Positions 10,001 to 20,063 of a stretch of DNA of 64,000 nt are shown piece after piece. Position 1 is the stretch's first letter. Every line of letters starts with the position of its first letter. The translations under genes and the position numbers were made by a program. Origin of the DNA: Marinifilaceae bacterium (lineage in GTDB: Bacteria; Bacteroidota; Bacteroidia; Bacteroidales; Marinifilaceae); contig JAOARN010000132.1 in the NCBI GenBank assembly GCA_025210485.1, positions 382-64,381 of the forward strand, in the 5' to 3' direction. Below the pieces are notes generated by a model. That model worked only from the letters and a program-made list of their open reading frames with translations. It was not told the DNA's origin and made no database searches.

Positions 10001-11434
10001 ATGAAACATTATATATTAGCAATTTTAATATTGGGTCTATCATCATGTTCAGATTTTCTGGACATTGATGATAAGACTAAGATTTCCACTGATGAGCTTT
10101 TCTCAACTATTAAAGGTACTGCAAGTGCTCTTAATGGAGTGTATTATAGTCTTGGAGATAATGCTCACTATGGAGAAAATTATCCTGTAATTTCAGATTT
10201 GAAATCAGGTAATCTGAATATAAACGATATGTCCAATTCGGCTGTAAATTCTCTTTATTATCAACATGCATATGAATTTACTCATATTGAAGATGATTCG
10301 CAGGATGATAGAGCTGAAAATATTTACAGGGAATTGTATAAAACAATGAATAGTGTGAATACTATTCTTGCAAATATTAAAAATATAAAAGATGCATCTG
10401 ATGAGGAACTTCTTCAAGCAGAAGCTGAAGCTAGAGCATTACGTGCACTTGTAGGTTTCGATCTTACTCGTTATTTTGCTCAGTCATATTCTTATACTGC
10501 TAATGCTCAGCATAATGGAATCGCTTATTTGGATCATAATGTGAAGTATGACGAAAGCTTTTCTAGAGATTTATTATTCGATAATTATGAATATATTATT
10601 GAGGATCTAAAATTTGCAGAGCAAAATCTGAAAACACCTCTTAGTGCTAAAGATTCTAAGGTGGAGAAAACATATTTCTCAGCACTAGCCGCTAAAGCAT
10701 TGTTGGCGAGAGTATATCTTTATAAAGAAGATTGGCAAAATGCAATAAATTATGCAACTGAAGTTATTGATTCTCCTGATACAGAATTAGTACCTAATGC
10801 AGATTTAGTTGATTCTTATAACACATTTACACCAAACTCTGAGGATATATTTATTGTAGATAAATCGGAAATAAATAATGCTGCTCCTATGTCTTCTGTA
10901 TTAGGTGTTAATAATAATAGAAGTAAGCTTAATCTTAGTATTAGTAATGATTTATACAGTCTTTATGAAGATGCAGATGCTAGAAAACTTCTTTTCGAAG
11001 CTGTGGATGGTGAATATGTTTCAAAAAAATATCCTATTAGCAATACTTCTAAAGATAGATATTTCCCAGTACTAAGATTAGCTGAAATGTACCTTATTCG
11101 TGCTGAGGCTTCTGTAAACCTTCCTAAGGCTGACGAACCTACCGCAAGAAATGATATGGATATCATAAGAAGAAGAGCTAATCCTGCTATTGATAAAATT
11201 AATCTATTTGGTAAGAATCTAAAAGCGGAAATTTTCAATGAACGTCGCAGGGAGCTTGCTTTGGAGGGTCATCTATTCTTCGATTATTCACGAAAAAGAA
11301 TGTCGATAAAGCGTGTTGACTATAACGGAAATCTAAACCAAAATCTGGATTATCCAAACAATTTCTTTGTATTGCCTATTCCTGAGGATGCTCAGTTATA
11401 CAATCCACAGATGGAGCCTAATCCAGGTTATTAA
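10001..11434 (+). CDS. RagB/SusD-family nutrient-uptake outer-membrane lipoprotein
   Basis: 477 aa. Lipobox LGLSSCS. Conserved SusD C-terminal region (RAEIFNERRRELALEGHLFFDYSR). 43 bp downstream of the susC-like gene. Confidence 0.95.
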   Translation: MKHYILAILILGLSSCSDFLDIDDKTKISTDELFSTIKGTASALNGVYYSLGDNAHYGENYPVISDLKSGNLNINDMSNSAVNSLYYQHAYEFTHIEDDSQDDRAENIYRELYKTMNSVNTILANIKNIKDASDEELLQAEAEARALRALVGFDLTRYFAQSYSYTANAQHNGIAYLDHNVKYDESFSRDLLFDNYEYIIEDLKFAEQNLKTPLSAKDSKVEKTYFSALAAKALLARVYLYKEDWQNAINYATEVIDSPDTELVPNADLVDSYNTFTPNSEDIFIVDKSEINNAAPMSSVLGVNNNRSKLNLSISNDLYSLYEDADARKLLFEAVDGEYVSKKYPISNTSKDRYFPVLRLAEMYLIRAEASVNLPKADEPTARNDMDIIRRRANPAIDKINLFGKNLKAEIFNERRRELALEGHLFFDYSRKRMSIKRVDYNGNLNQNLDYPNNFFVLPIPEDAQLYNPQMEPNPGY

Positions 11435-11442
11435 TAAATATT

Positions 11443-11493
11443 AAAACTGCCTTGTTACATCTAAAGATATATGTGAAAGCTAGGCAGTTTTTC
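11443..11493 (+). terminator. hairpin with T-run after the SusD-like gene (large loop; weak or partial terminator)
   Basis: AAAACTGCCT ... AGGCAGTTTT followed by TT. Confidence 0.4.
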
Positions 11494-11533
11494 AATCTTT
11501 ATTTTTAAAAATACAACCTAAAAAAACTTTGAT

Positions 11534-13087
11534 ATGAAAAAAAGAAATTTTGCAATCCTATTAAAACTATTCTTATTTGCTTTAATTTTAGGAGCCTGTA
11601 GTGACGACAACTCAACATCATCACCAAAACTAAGTTTTAGCGCAGCTACTGCTGAAGTTGCTGAAAATGCTACCTCAGCTCTTGTTGTTAAAATAAATGC
11701 TGATCAGACTATAGAAAAGGACTATACAGTTAATATTGAACTTGCAGGTACTGCTGTGGAGGGAACCAATTTCCAAACCATTAGTAAAACTGTAAAAATG
11801 CGTGCAGGAAAGACAGAAGCTAATATATTTATTAATCCTATCAATATTAGTACTATTGAAACTGATAAAATTATTAGCATAAGCCTAAAATCAGGAAATT
11901 CATATACTCTTGGTGAAGTTTCAAAAATAGATATCACAATTAAAGATAATCAAGCACCAGTATCTGATGCTCCTGAATTCTCATTTGTGACAGGTAATTT
12001 TACTACTAATCCATATATGGAGGAAGAGAAAACATTTACTGTAGCTTTATCTGCCCCTATGGATGAAGAAATTAATATTCCTTTAAATTTTGAAGGCGAA
12101 TTAGTAAAAGGCACTGACTATGAGCTTGAAGGTATCAACGATGACAACACAATTACTATCCCAGCACAAACAGTTTCTGTTGATTTTAAAATGAAAATGA
12201 AATATTCAAACCAAATTGGAATGAATAAAAACATGAATGTAACTTTCGCAACACCTAAAGTTGTCGATTATGTAGTGAAAGAAGGTAGTCAAGTGCTTGT
12301 TAATGCTATTGATCCTGTTGTTGATATGGGAGCTTGGTTTAATGATACCAATGAGTATAACTTCTTTTTTGCTGCAATTCAGAATACTACTACACCAACT
12401 TTTAACACTGATCTTAGTGCATATGATGTGAAAAGATATTACTGGGATTCAGAAACTACGGATGAGACAAAATGGAAGACTTTAAGTGGAGATCATTATT
12501 TTGTTAAAAACACTACTGATAAAAACCAATGGAAAGAAGTTATCAATATTTATCAAAAGAAAAAAGGATTTAGAAATTTGAATTACGACGAACAAGAACA
12601 CTATGAAGTTCAGTCAGGTGATTTCTTAGGTCTTACTAAAATGCTTTCTAATGAAGCTAAATATGGAAAAAGTCTTATGCAGACTGAGCAAGGATGGTTC
12701 AGATTTGTTGCTACAGAAGAAGGAGCTACGTCTGGAAAGGTAGTAGTGCCTGCTCAAACAATAAAAGTTTATAAGACTAATGGTGCTGCTTTATGGACAG
12801 AAAAGCTATATGCTGTTGACAAAGATACAGATCCTAAATCTTATTACTATGGATGGTTTGCTGATGCAAATGCTAATAAGGGAGATATGTCAAAATCATC
12901 TAATGTTGAAGTTGCTAATATTGAAATCAAGCGTTCTGTAGGTTCATATGACATTACCAAGAAAGAGATTATTGTAGAGATTGATTTCTCTTATGATGAT
13001 GCAGATATCGTTTTTGCAGATAAGTATATTATCAGTAAAGATGGAAATAACTATAAAATGAAAATAAAATATATAAACGTTAGATAG
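11534..13087 (+). CDS. PUL-associated surface lipoprotein with two Calx-beta-like modules and an unknown C-terminal domain
   Basis: 517 aa. Lipobox LILGACS. Two ~100-aa segments carry the pattern (A/E)G(T/E)..GTD(Y/F) seen in Calx-beta folds. Occupies the SusE/F-like position in the locus. Confidence 0.7.
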   Translation: MKKRNFAILLKLFLFALILGACSDDNSTSSPKLSFSAATAEVAENATSALVVKINADQTIEKDYTVNIELAGTAVEGTNFQTISKTVKMRAGKTEANIFINPINISTIETDKIISISLKSGNSYTLGEVSKIDITIKDNQAPVSDAPEFSFVTGNFTTNPYMEEEKTFTVALSAPMDEEINIPLNFEGELVKGTDYELEGINDDNTITIPAQTVSVDFKMKMKYSNQIGMNKNMNVTFATPKVVDYVVKEGSQVLVNAIDPVVDMGAWFNDTNEYNFFFAAIQNTTTPTFNTDLSAYDVKRYYWDSETTDETKWKTLSGDHYFVKNTTDKNQWKEVINIYQKKKGFRNLNYDEQEHYEVQSGDFLGLTKMLSNEAKYGKSLMQTEQGWFRFVATEEGATSGKVVVPAQTIKVYKTNGAALWTEKLYAVDKDTDPKSYYYGWFADANANKGDMSKSSNVEVANIEIKRSVGSYDITKKEIIVEIDFSYDDADIVFADKYIISKDGNNYKMKIKYINVR

Positions 13088-13104
13088 TTGTATCTAAATT
13101 CTAT

Positions 13105-13150
13105 AAAAAAACCAATTTTGTTTTATCTATTTAAAGCAAAATTGGTTTTC
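13105..13150 (+). terminator. hairpin terminator after the lipoprotein gene
   Basis: AAAACCAATTTTG ... CAAAATTGGTTTT 13-bp stem. Confidence 0.5.
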
Positions 13151-13173
13151 CTTAAATTAATATTCGTATAAAT

Positions 13174-15423
13174 ATGCGTATCTCAACCATAAAAATTGTA
13201 CTTGTTTTTATCTCAATACTTCTTGTAGGCAGTGTTTTTGGCCAAAGAAGACATAGAGCTAAATGTAAGGAAGTACAGTCTTCTATTTCCAATAAATACA
13301 AAACTCAAGAAGGTTTTATTAATATATTAAAAGCTAAGGATAAAATATTTCTTGAGATTCCTCAAAAGATTTTAGGTAAAGACTTACTTATTGCATCACG
13401 TGCAATTGAAACAGAACTTACCAAAGGATTGGCTGCTGGTCAAATGATTTATAATCCAATACTTGTAAAATTTGAAAAGGATGATAAAATCATAAAATTA
13501 GTAGTTCAAGATACTAAGTATGTTCACGATAAAACAAAGAAATATTATAAATCATACTTGAAAAATCACCAAGAAGAAATATTGAAAACATTCAAGATAT
13601 CTTCTTTCAATAAAGAAAATGATACTTATAGAATTGATTTTACAGAATTTATAATCAATCCTATTAAAAAGATTTCACCATTTACATCCAGATCAGGTAT
13701 AAATAAAGGGAATAAAAAACTAAATAAAATTGAAGATACTAGTGCTTCGACCGTAAATCTTGAATTTGTTGTTCAAAATACTGCAGTTTATAAGGGTAAG
13801 CCTTGTTTATACACTAGTCAAAAATCAATATTATTGCTTGACAATCCTATGAAACCAAGATTGGAATCAAAGGAAATAGGATATTATAGTATTGATAAGA
13901 AAATTTACAATTCGAATACAGGTAATTTTGATAAACAAGCCTTCATAAAAAGATGGCGTATTGAACCTAAGAAACAAGATATAAAAAAATATAAAGCGGG
14001 TAAATTGGTTGAACCAGCTAAACCTATTGTTTTCTACATAGATGATAATTTTCCAGAAGCTTGGCAAAAATATATAAAACTTGGTATTGAAGATTGGCAA
14101 AAAGCTTTTGAAAAAATAGGTTTTAAAAATGCTATTCAAGCTAAATTTTATCCAAAAAATGCCAAGGATATCGACATGAATGCCATATCTAAATCTTGTT
14201 TTAGATATATATATTGCGAAAGGGCAAATGCTATGGGTAACTCATGGATTGATCCTCGTTCGGGCGAAATAATACAAGGAGATGTGCTTTGGTTTCACGG
14301 TGTTGTCAATAAATTATTTAAGTGGAGGTTTGTTCAAACTGCTGCGAATGATCAAAAGATAAGAACAGATTTTGAATCCCTTGATACTCAGTTACTCGGA
14401 AGATTGATACGTTATGCTGCTGCTCATGAAATAGGACACTCCTTAGGACTAAAACATAATTATAGAGCATCTTATGCATATGATTTAGATTCCTTACGTT
14501 CAGCTAGTTTTACTAAGGAATATGGTACAGCTGCATCTATTATGGATTATGCACGAAACAATTATTTAGCACAACCAGAAGACAAAGGGCTTGAACTTTC
14601 TCCTCCTATTTTAGGGGTGTACGATTACTTCTCCATCGAATGGGCATATAAACCTAGTTTTGAATCAAATCCCATAAAAGAGAAACAAATATTAAACTCA
14701 TGGATAGACAAACATAAAGATGATCCATTTTATTTATTTGGAGGAAAAAATAATATAGGAGATGGTAATTTAGATCCTTCTTGCTTGACCGAATCTCTTT
14801 CAAATGACATTTATAAGGCTAGTGTTTTGGGTATTAAAAACACAAAACTAATAATGAAAAACCTTATAGAATGGTCAAAATCTGAAAATAATGCCGCTAA
14901 ACTATCTGAAATGAGAGCAGCATTGATAAAACAGTACAGGTCATATATCAAACATTGTATTTCAAGCTTAGGAGGTGTTTACAAATATAAACGCATAAGC
15001 AAAATAAGCCCTTCCCTACATAAAACAGTTAGCCCTGCTGAGCACGAAAAACTTGTTAGTTTGATTATTGCCGAAATCAAGAATCTTGATACATGGATAA
15101 ATCCTCAAGATCACAAGCAATTGTTGGGTGATTTAACAAATACATGTTTTCAGTTACAGTCCGATATGATTAAAGATCTATTGGATAAAACTGTGATTAT
15201 TCGGATAAGTAAACTTGCTAATTTTTCGAATGAGAAACAATATACGGTTCAAGAATATTTAAATCATTTAGAAAAAGGATTGAAAATAAAAAACCCAAAA
15301 TCCGATTATCAATACAATATTATTGGAGAATACAAAGTAAGACTTAATGGTTTGATAGATAGTAAACAAACTCAGTCAAATCCATATTTTAGGAATATAA
15401 TTCTTCCAAAACTTAAAAAGTAA
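13174..15423 (+). CDS. secreted zinc-dependent metalloprotease (met-zincin, DUF5117/DUF4953-type)
   Basis: 749 aa. Signal peptide. HEIGHSLGLKHN zinc motif followed by SIMDY. Confidence 0.85.
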   Translation: MRISTIKIVLVFISILLVGSVFGQRRHRAKCKEVQSSISNKYKTQEGFINILKAKDKIFLEIPQKILGKDLLIASRAIETELTKGLAAGQMIYNPILVKFEKDDKIIKLVVQDTKYVHDKTKKYYKSYLKNHQEEILKTFKISSFNKENDTYRIDFTEFIINPIKKISPFTSRSGINKGNKKLNKIEDTSASTVNLEFVVQNTAVYKGKPCLYTSQKSILLLDNPMKPRLESKEIGYYSIDKKIYNSNTGNFDKQAFIKRWRIEPKKQDIKKYKAGKLVEPAKPIVFYIDDNFPEAWQKYIKLGIEDWQKAFEKIGFKNAIQAKFYPKNAKDIDMNAISKSCFRYIYCERANAMGNSWIDPRSGEIIQGDVLWFHGVVNKLFKWRFVQTAANDQKIRTDFESLDTQLLGRLIRYAAAHEIGHSLGLKHNYRASYAYDLDSLRSASFTKEYGTAASIMDYARNNYLAQPEDKGLELSPPILGVYDYFSIEWAYKPSFESNPIKEKQILNSWIDKHKDDPFYLFGGKNNIGDGNLDPSCLTESLSNDIYKASVLGIKNTKLIMKNLIEWSKSENNAAKLSEMRAALIKQYRSYIKHCISSLGGVYKYKRISKISPSLHKTVSPAEHEKLVSLIIAEIKNLDTWINPQDHKQLLGDLTNTCFQLQSDMIKDLLDKTVIIRISKLANFSNEKQYTVQEYLNHLEKGLKIKNPKSDYQYNIIGEYKVRLNGLIDSKQTQSNPYFRNIILPKLKK

Positions 15424-15562
15424 ATTTAAAAATAATACAGGTGTTATTAAAACAATGATAAATCCTATTAGTTGATATTGGTTTATATCTGATAAATAAT
15501 CACCTATAAAGTATCTTGAGTATTATATCAAGAGAATATCATTAACTATAATTAAGATTTCA

Positions 15563-17722
15563 ATGAAATTAAAATTTTTCCTTTTAGGAATAGTAATTTC
15601 ACTTGCGTCGGTTTGCAAGGCAGATGGCGGATTGTGGATTCCTTCGTTAATTAAACGATTGAAAATTGAAGATATGCATAAGGCAGGTTTGAAACTTAGT
15701 GCTGAAGAAATATATTCTATTAATCAAAAATCTTTGAAAGATGCTGTAATGGGAATTAGCTATGGAACAAATCCTGCTAGCTTTTCATCTACTGCTTCAT
15801 TTATTTCCGAAACTGGTTTAGTTATTACAAATCACCATTGTGCTATCAGTGCTTTGCATAAGTTGAGTACGAGCGAGCATAATTACTTGAAAAATGGCTT
15901 CTATGCAGAGTCTATGGATAAGGAATTATATGCTAAAGGACTTAAACTATCTCGTGTAATCAGAATTGAGGATGTTACCAAAAAACTAAGCGCTGGATTG
16001 ACAGGATTGTCTGAGAGAGATAGTATTAATCGATTTAATTCAAGAGCTAAAAAGATTGTTGATAAAGAAATCACTGGAAAGAATTATTATGCCAAAATAC
16101 GATCTTATTTTGGAGGAGCTCAATATTTAATGGAAGTATATGAGGTGTATCACGATGTGAGAGTAGTTGCTGCTCCACCTATCGAACTAGCTCGTTTTGG
16201 TGGAGAAGAAGATAACTGGCAATGGCCACGCCATTCTGCAGATTTCGCTATTCTGCGAGTATATGCCGATAAGGAGAATAAATCTATTGAACATTCAAAA
16301 GAAAATAGTCCATACAAACCAGTAAATTTCTTGAAAGTTTCAAAAAAAGGATATAAGCAAGCTGATTACGCTATGATTCTTGGTTTTCCTGGGACTACAA
16401 AACAATATGTTACCTCAAGAGCAATGAAGCAAGTTGCAGAAATCAAAAATCATTATTCTGTAATGATAAGAGGTGCAAAACTTGATGTTATTAATAAAAA
16501 TAGAGAATCAAATGAAGATTTATGGTTGAAATATGCTGATGTGATGGCTAAATCTTCAAATGTGTACTTAAGAGATAAGGCTGAAAAAGAAGCTATCGAG
16601 AGATTTAATTTAGTTGAAGCGAAAGCTAAGCAGGAGAAAGAATATTTGATTAAATTAAAATCTGATAAAAAACTTTTTGCTAAATATGGAAATTTAATCG
16701 ACTCTATTGCTAACTGTGTTGACCAACTAGACAAACTTGAAAAGCTTAATACATTTGTAATGGAGGCAGGTATTTCTGGTGCTCCTATTACTTCTTTCTG
16801 TGGAAAATTCGATATGCTTAATGCACTTGCTAGAAGAAAGGCTAAAGATAAGAGAGTAAAATACGAGCAAGCAAGATTAAGAGAAGAGATTAGAAAGTTT
16901 TATGATCAATATGATATCAATGTTGAAAAGCAAATTGTTGCTGCTTTAGCGGAATTATATGATAAAAATATTGATGGGAAGTATTATAAATCCTCGATAT
17001 TCAATTTAGTAAAAGAAAAAGCTGATGGTGACTATAATAAGTTTGCTGATTATATTTTCGAGAATTCATTCTTCTCAGACAAATGGAAATTAAGAAAATT
17101 TGTTGATGAATATACTCATGATAAGATAAGCTTACTTCAAAATGATCCAGTGTTTAAATTATCGATTAGCTATTATTTAATTAACAGAGATCAGATAATG
17201 AGACAAAGAATGAAAATAAGAAAGAAATATGGTAAATTTCATAAACAATATATTCATTCTCTAAGTGAACTTGCAAATGGAGATTTATTAGCTTCGGATG
17301 CGAATAGAAGTTTAAGAGTATCATATGGTAATATTCTGCCACTAAAAACCACAAACGAGACTTATTCTTATTATACTAATTTGGAAGAATTATTGGTGAA
17401 ACATACAAAACAGCCTAAATTATATAGTTTACCTGAGACATTTGTAAAAAGTATAAAAGAGATGTCAACTAAAAAACGTGAAAATACACATATTTGTTTT
17501 ATCTCTAATGTTCATACAACTGGTGGTAATTCAGGAAGTGCGGTATTGGATAGTAAAGGTAGATTAATAGGCTTAAACTTTGATAGAGCTTCATATGGTG
17601 TAATTTCAGATTATGTTTATATACCTGAAGCTGCTCGTCAAATTTCAGTAGATGTTAGATATATCAAATTTATATTAGAGGATTATTTGAAAGCAGATAA
17701 TCTAGTGAAAGAAATTTGGTAA
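15563..17722 (+). CDS. S46-family dipeptidyl-peptidase (DPP7/DPP11-like)
   Basis: 719 aa. Signal peptide. Catalytic His context TNHHC, Asp context SADFAILRV, Ser context TTGGNSGSAVLD. Confidence 0.9.
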   Translation: MKLKFFLLGIVISLASVCKADGGLWIPSLIKRLKIEDMHKAGLKLSAEEIYSINQKSLKDAVMGISYGTNPASFSSTASFISETGLVITNHHCAISALHKLSTSEHNYLKNGFYAESMDKELYAKGLKLSRVIRIEDVTKKLSAGLTGLSERDSINRFNSRAKKIVDKEITGKNYYAKIRSYFGGAQYLMEVYEVYHDVRVVAAPPIELARFGGEEDNWQWPRHSADFAILRVYADKENKSIEHSKENSPYKPVNFLKVSKKGYKQADYAMILGFPGTTKQYVTSRAMKQVAEIKNHYSVMIRGAKLDVINKNRESNEDLWLKYADVMAKSSNVYLRDKAEKEAIERFNLVEAKAKQEKEYLIKLKSDKKLFAKYGNLIDSIANCVDQLDKLEKLNTFVMEAGISGAPITSFCGKFDMLNALARRKAKDKRVKYEQARLREEIRKFYDQYDINVEKQIVAALAELYDKNIDGKYYKSSIFNLVKEKADGDYNKFADYIFENSFFSDKWKLRKFVDEYTHDKISLLQNDPVFKLSISYYLINRDQIMRQRMKIRKKYGKFHKQYIHSLSELANGDLLASDANRSLRVSYGNILPLKTTNETYSYYTNLEELLVKHTKQPKLYSLPETFVKSIKEMSTKKRENTHICFISNVHTTGGNSGSAVLDSKGRLIGLNFDRASYGVISDYVYIPEAARQISVDVRYIKFILEDYLKADNLVKEIW

Positions 17723-17820
17723 ATATAGGTATGCTAATTAATAGTGTTATGGTTTGAATTTTATTAGCGATATCAGCAAGCTGCTCATTGCAGTTTACAA
17801 ATTATTTTTATCAAAATAGA

Positions 17821-17862
17821 AAAGCTTAGTTTCCAATACAGGAGACTAAGCTTTCTTTTTAT
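17821..17862. terminator. bidirectional terminator between convergent genes
   Basis: AAAGCTTAGT ... ACTAAGCTTT stem with an A-run on the left and a T-run on the right. Confidence 0.6.
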
Positions 17863-17876
17863 TTATTGATTATATT

Positions 17877-18569
17877 TCAAAGTTCGATAATTCTTGTATT
17901 CATACTCAATGCATCAAATATTAATAGTTTTGATGCTAACACATCTCCTATTTCTAGAATAATCTTTAAAACTTCAGTAGCTTGTATACTTCCAATTATT
18001 CCTGGTAAAACACCTAAAACTCCCTTTGGATGTTCAATTTCAGATTCGTATTCTCCAAAAATATCTGAATAGCAAACTGAATTTTTAAAATTAAATACAC
18101 CAACCTGTCCTTCAAACTCCCCTATTGAACCATTAACAAAAACAGAATTTGTGATTTTACAAGTTTTGTCAATAATGTATCTTGATTTGTAATTGTCAGT
18201 AGCACCAACAACAATATCGTAATTAGATATAATATCTAATGCATTTTCATCATTAAGATCAAAGTCATATACAGATATATCAATCTCTGAGTTTAATTCT
18301 TGAGCAAATAATTTAGCACAAACTGCCTTTTTTTCTCCTATTTGTGACTCCTTATATATTACCTGTCTTTGTAGGTTGCTAACATCAACAATATCCTTAT
18401 CCATTATTCCTAAACGACCAATTCCAGCAGCAGATAGATACTGTATTATAGGTGATCCAAGTCCGCCTGCCCCTACAATCAGAACTTTGGCTTTTTTTAG
18501 CTTTTTTTGACCCTCAATACCTATGTTATTTAATAAAATATGTCTGCTATATCTATCCTTATCTAACAT
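17877..18569 (-). CDS. HesA/MoeB/ThiF-family adenylyltransferase
   Basis: 230 aa. RYSRHILL..IGIEGQKKL, Rossmann loop VGAGGLGS, SNLQRQ. Lacks the CxxC zinc motifs and a rhodanese domain. Confidence 0.85.
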   Translation of the reverse strand: MLDKDRYSRHILLNNIGIEGQKKLKKAKVLIVGAGGLGSPIIQYLSAAGIGRLGIMDKDIVDVSNLQRQVIYKESQIGEKKAVCAKLFAQELNSEIDISVYDFDLNDENALDIISNYDIVVGATDNYKSRYIIDKTCKITNSVFVNGSIGEFEGQVGVFNFKNSVCYSDIFGEYESEIEHPKGVLGVLPGIIGSIQATEVLKIILEIGDVLASKLLIFDALSMNTRIIEL

Positions 18570-18571
18570 TT

Positions 18572-19024
18572 TTATTCAATATTATCAGATGCATACCATT
18601 CAGCAAAAGAATTTGCAGTTTCGTGGAGCTTTAATGAATGAAGCTTTATATTCTCAGGAAGTTTCGCTGAAATTAATTCTGCAAATTCAGAAATCATGTT
18701 TTCACAGGTTGGTTGATAATTTGTTGTGTAAAATCTATCGTACATTTGTTTGATAGATTCTATATTTGGCATTGGTGCTTTTTTGTTAATAACTAATGCA
18801 TGGTCCAGTTTATCAACTATTTCTGTGTTAACAATTCTCTTTAATTCACCAAAATCCATAACCATTCCGAGCTTAGGATTTTTTTCATCTGTTATAGGTT
18901 CACCTATTACTGTAACATAGAAAATATATGAATGTCCGTGTATATTTTTACATAGTCCATCGTAATTCCATAAGGCATGAGCCATTTCGAAATTAAATGA
19001 TTTGGTAAGTCTAATCTTAGGCAT
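18572..19024 (-). CDS. queD: 6-carboxytetrahydropterin synthase / 6-pyruvoyl-tetrahydropterin synthase family
   Basis: 150 aa. FNFEMAHAL...HGHSY zinc-ligand histidines. Confidence 0.8.
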   Translation of the reverse strand: MPKIRLTKSFNFEMAHALWNYDGLCKNIHGHSYIFYVTVIGEPITDEKNPKLGMVMDFGELKRIVNTEIVDKLDHALVINKKAPMPNIESIKQMYDRFYTTNYQPTCENMISEFAELISAKLPENIKLHSLKLHETANSFAEWYASDNIE

Positions 19025-19030
19025 AATAAT

Positions 19031-19450
19031 TTAGTTTAATCCAGGTTCGAATTCTTTAATTTTTAGCTTAAGATGTTCGGGTACTTCTATGCTTTGTTTC
19101 AATTTAGAATTGAATGCTACCATTACCTGTTTAGTTTGTGTAATAACATCACCTGTTTTTCTGTTGCAGATGTTTTGTTCTAAGCTAATGCTTTTATTTC
19201 CCAGTTTTGATATCTTTGTTTGTACTTCAATCTGGGTCTCCATAGTAATTGATGACAGATAATCAATTTCAAGATGAGCTACAATTAAAGCCTCTTCTTC
19301 CCAGTTTATAGAATTGTTTGGAAATACATTGTTGAAATAATCCAGACGAGCTGTATCCAGATAACTTAATTGTACTCCATTATTAACATGTTGCATTAGG
19401 TCTATATCTCCAAATCTGACCTGTATTGGTAATTTATGTTTAAAGTTCAT
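19031..19450 (-). CDS. hot-dog fold acyl-CoA thioesterase (YbgC/4HBT-like)
   Basis: 139 aa. The N-terminal VRFGDIDLMQHVNN pattern is typical of the 4HBT family. Confidence 0.75.
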   Translation of the reverse strand: MNFKHKLPIQVRFGDIDLMQHVNNGVQLSYLDTARLDYFNNVFPNNSINWEEEALIVAHLEIDYLSSITMETQIEVQTKISKLGNKSISLEQNICNRKTGDVITQTKQVMVAFNSKLKQSIEVPEHLKLKIKEFEPGLN

Positions 19451-19459
19451 TTTTTGAAA

Positions 19460-20023
19460 TTATTCTCGTATTATTTGAATCTCTCCTCCACATCCTAGTT
19501 TCATAATAGAAGAAGATTTCTGTTTGCTATTATCGTTTTGTCTATATTCGACTATATAGTCAACACTCTCTTTTATTTCTTCTGATATTTCAGAAAAAAT
19601 CGATGGAGCTTTTTCTCCACTTATATTGGCAGATGTTGATACTATTGGCTTTCTAAATCGAGCAATTAGTTCTTGAGTAAATTCTTCGGAACTAATCCTT
19701 ATTCCTATGCTACCATCATCTGCAATTAGATTTGATGCCAAATTTTTAGCACCATCATAAATAATAGTCAATGGCTTGTCTGCGTATTCTATTAAATCCC
19801 ATGCTACTTCAGGAACCTCTTCGATATAACGATCCAGTAGGTTTGGGTTTTCCATTAAAACTAGCATCGATTTTGATTCTGCCCGTTTTTTTATTTCGTA
19901 TATTTTTTGGACTGCCTCTTTGTTGGTTGCATCACATCCTAATCCCCAAATAGTATCAGTTGGATACAGAATGATACCTCCATTATTTAGTGTCTCAATC
20001 GCTTTTTTTATATCTTCTTTCAT
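19460..20023 (-). CDS. tsaC: L-threonylcarbamoyladenylate synthase (TsaC/YrdC family)
   Basis: 187 aa. YPTDTIWGLGCDA, KKRAESKSMLVL, VSTSANISG. Confidence 0.9.
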   Translation of the reverse strand: MKEDIKKAIETLNNGGIILYPTDTIWGLGCDATNKEAVQKIYEIKKRAESKSMLVLMENPNLLDRYIEEVPEVAWDLIEYADKPLTIIYDGAKNLASNLIADDGSIGIRISSEEFTQELIARFRKPIVSTSANISGEKAPSIFSEISEEIKESVDYIVEYRQNDNSKQKSSSIMKLGCGGEIQIIRE

Positions 20024-20063
20024 AATTCTATTATCATATTTTTGAGTAGCATGAATAAATTAT

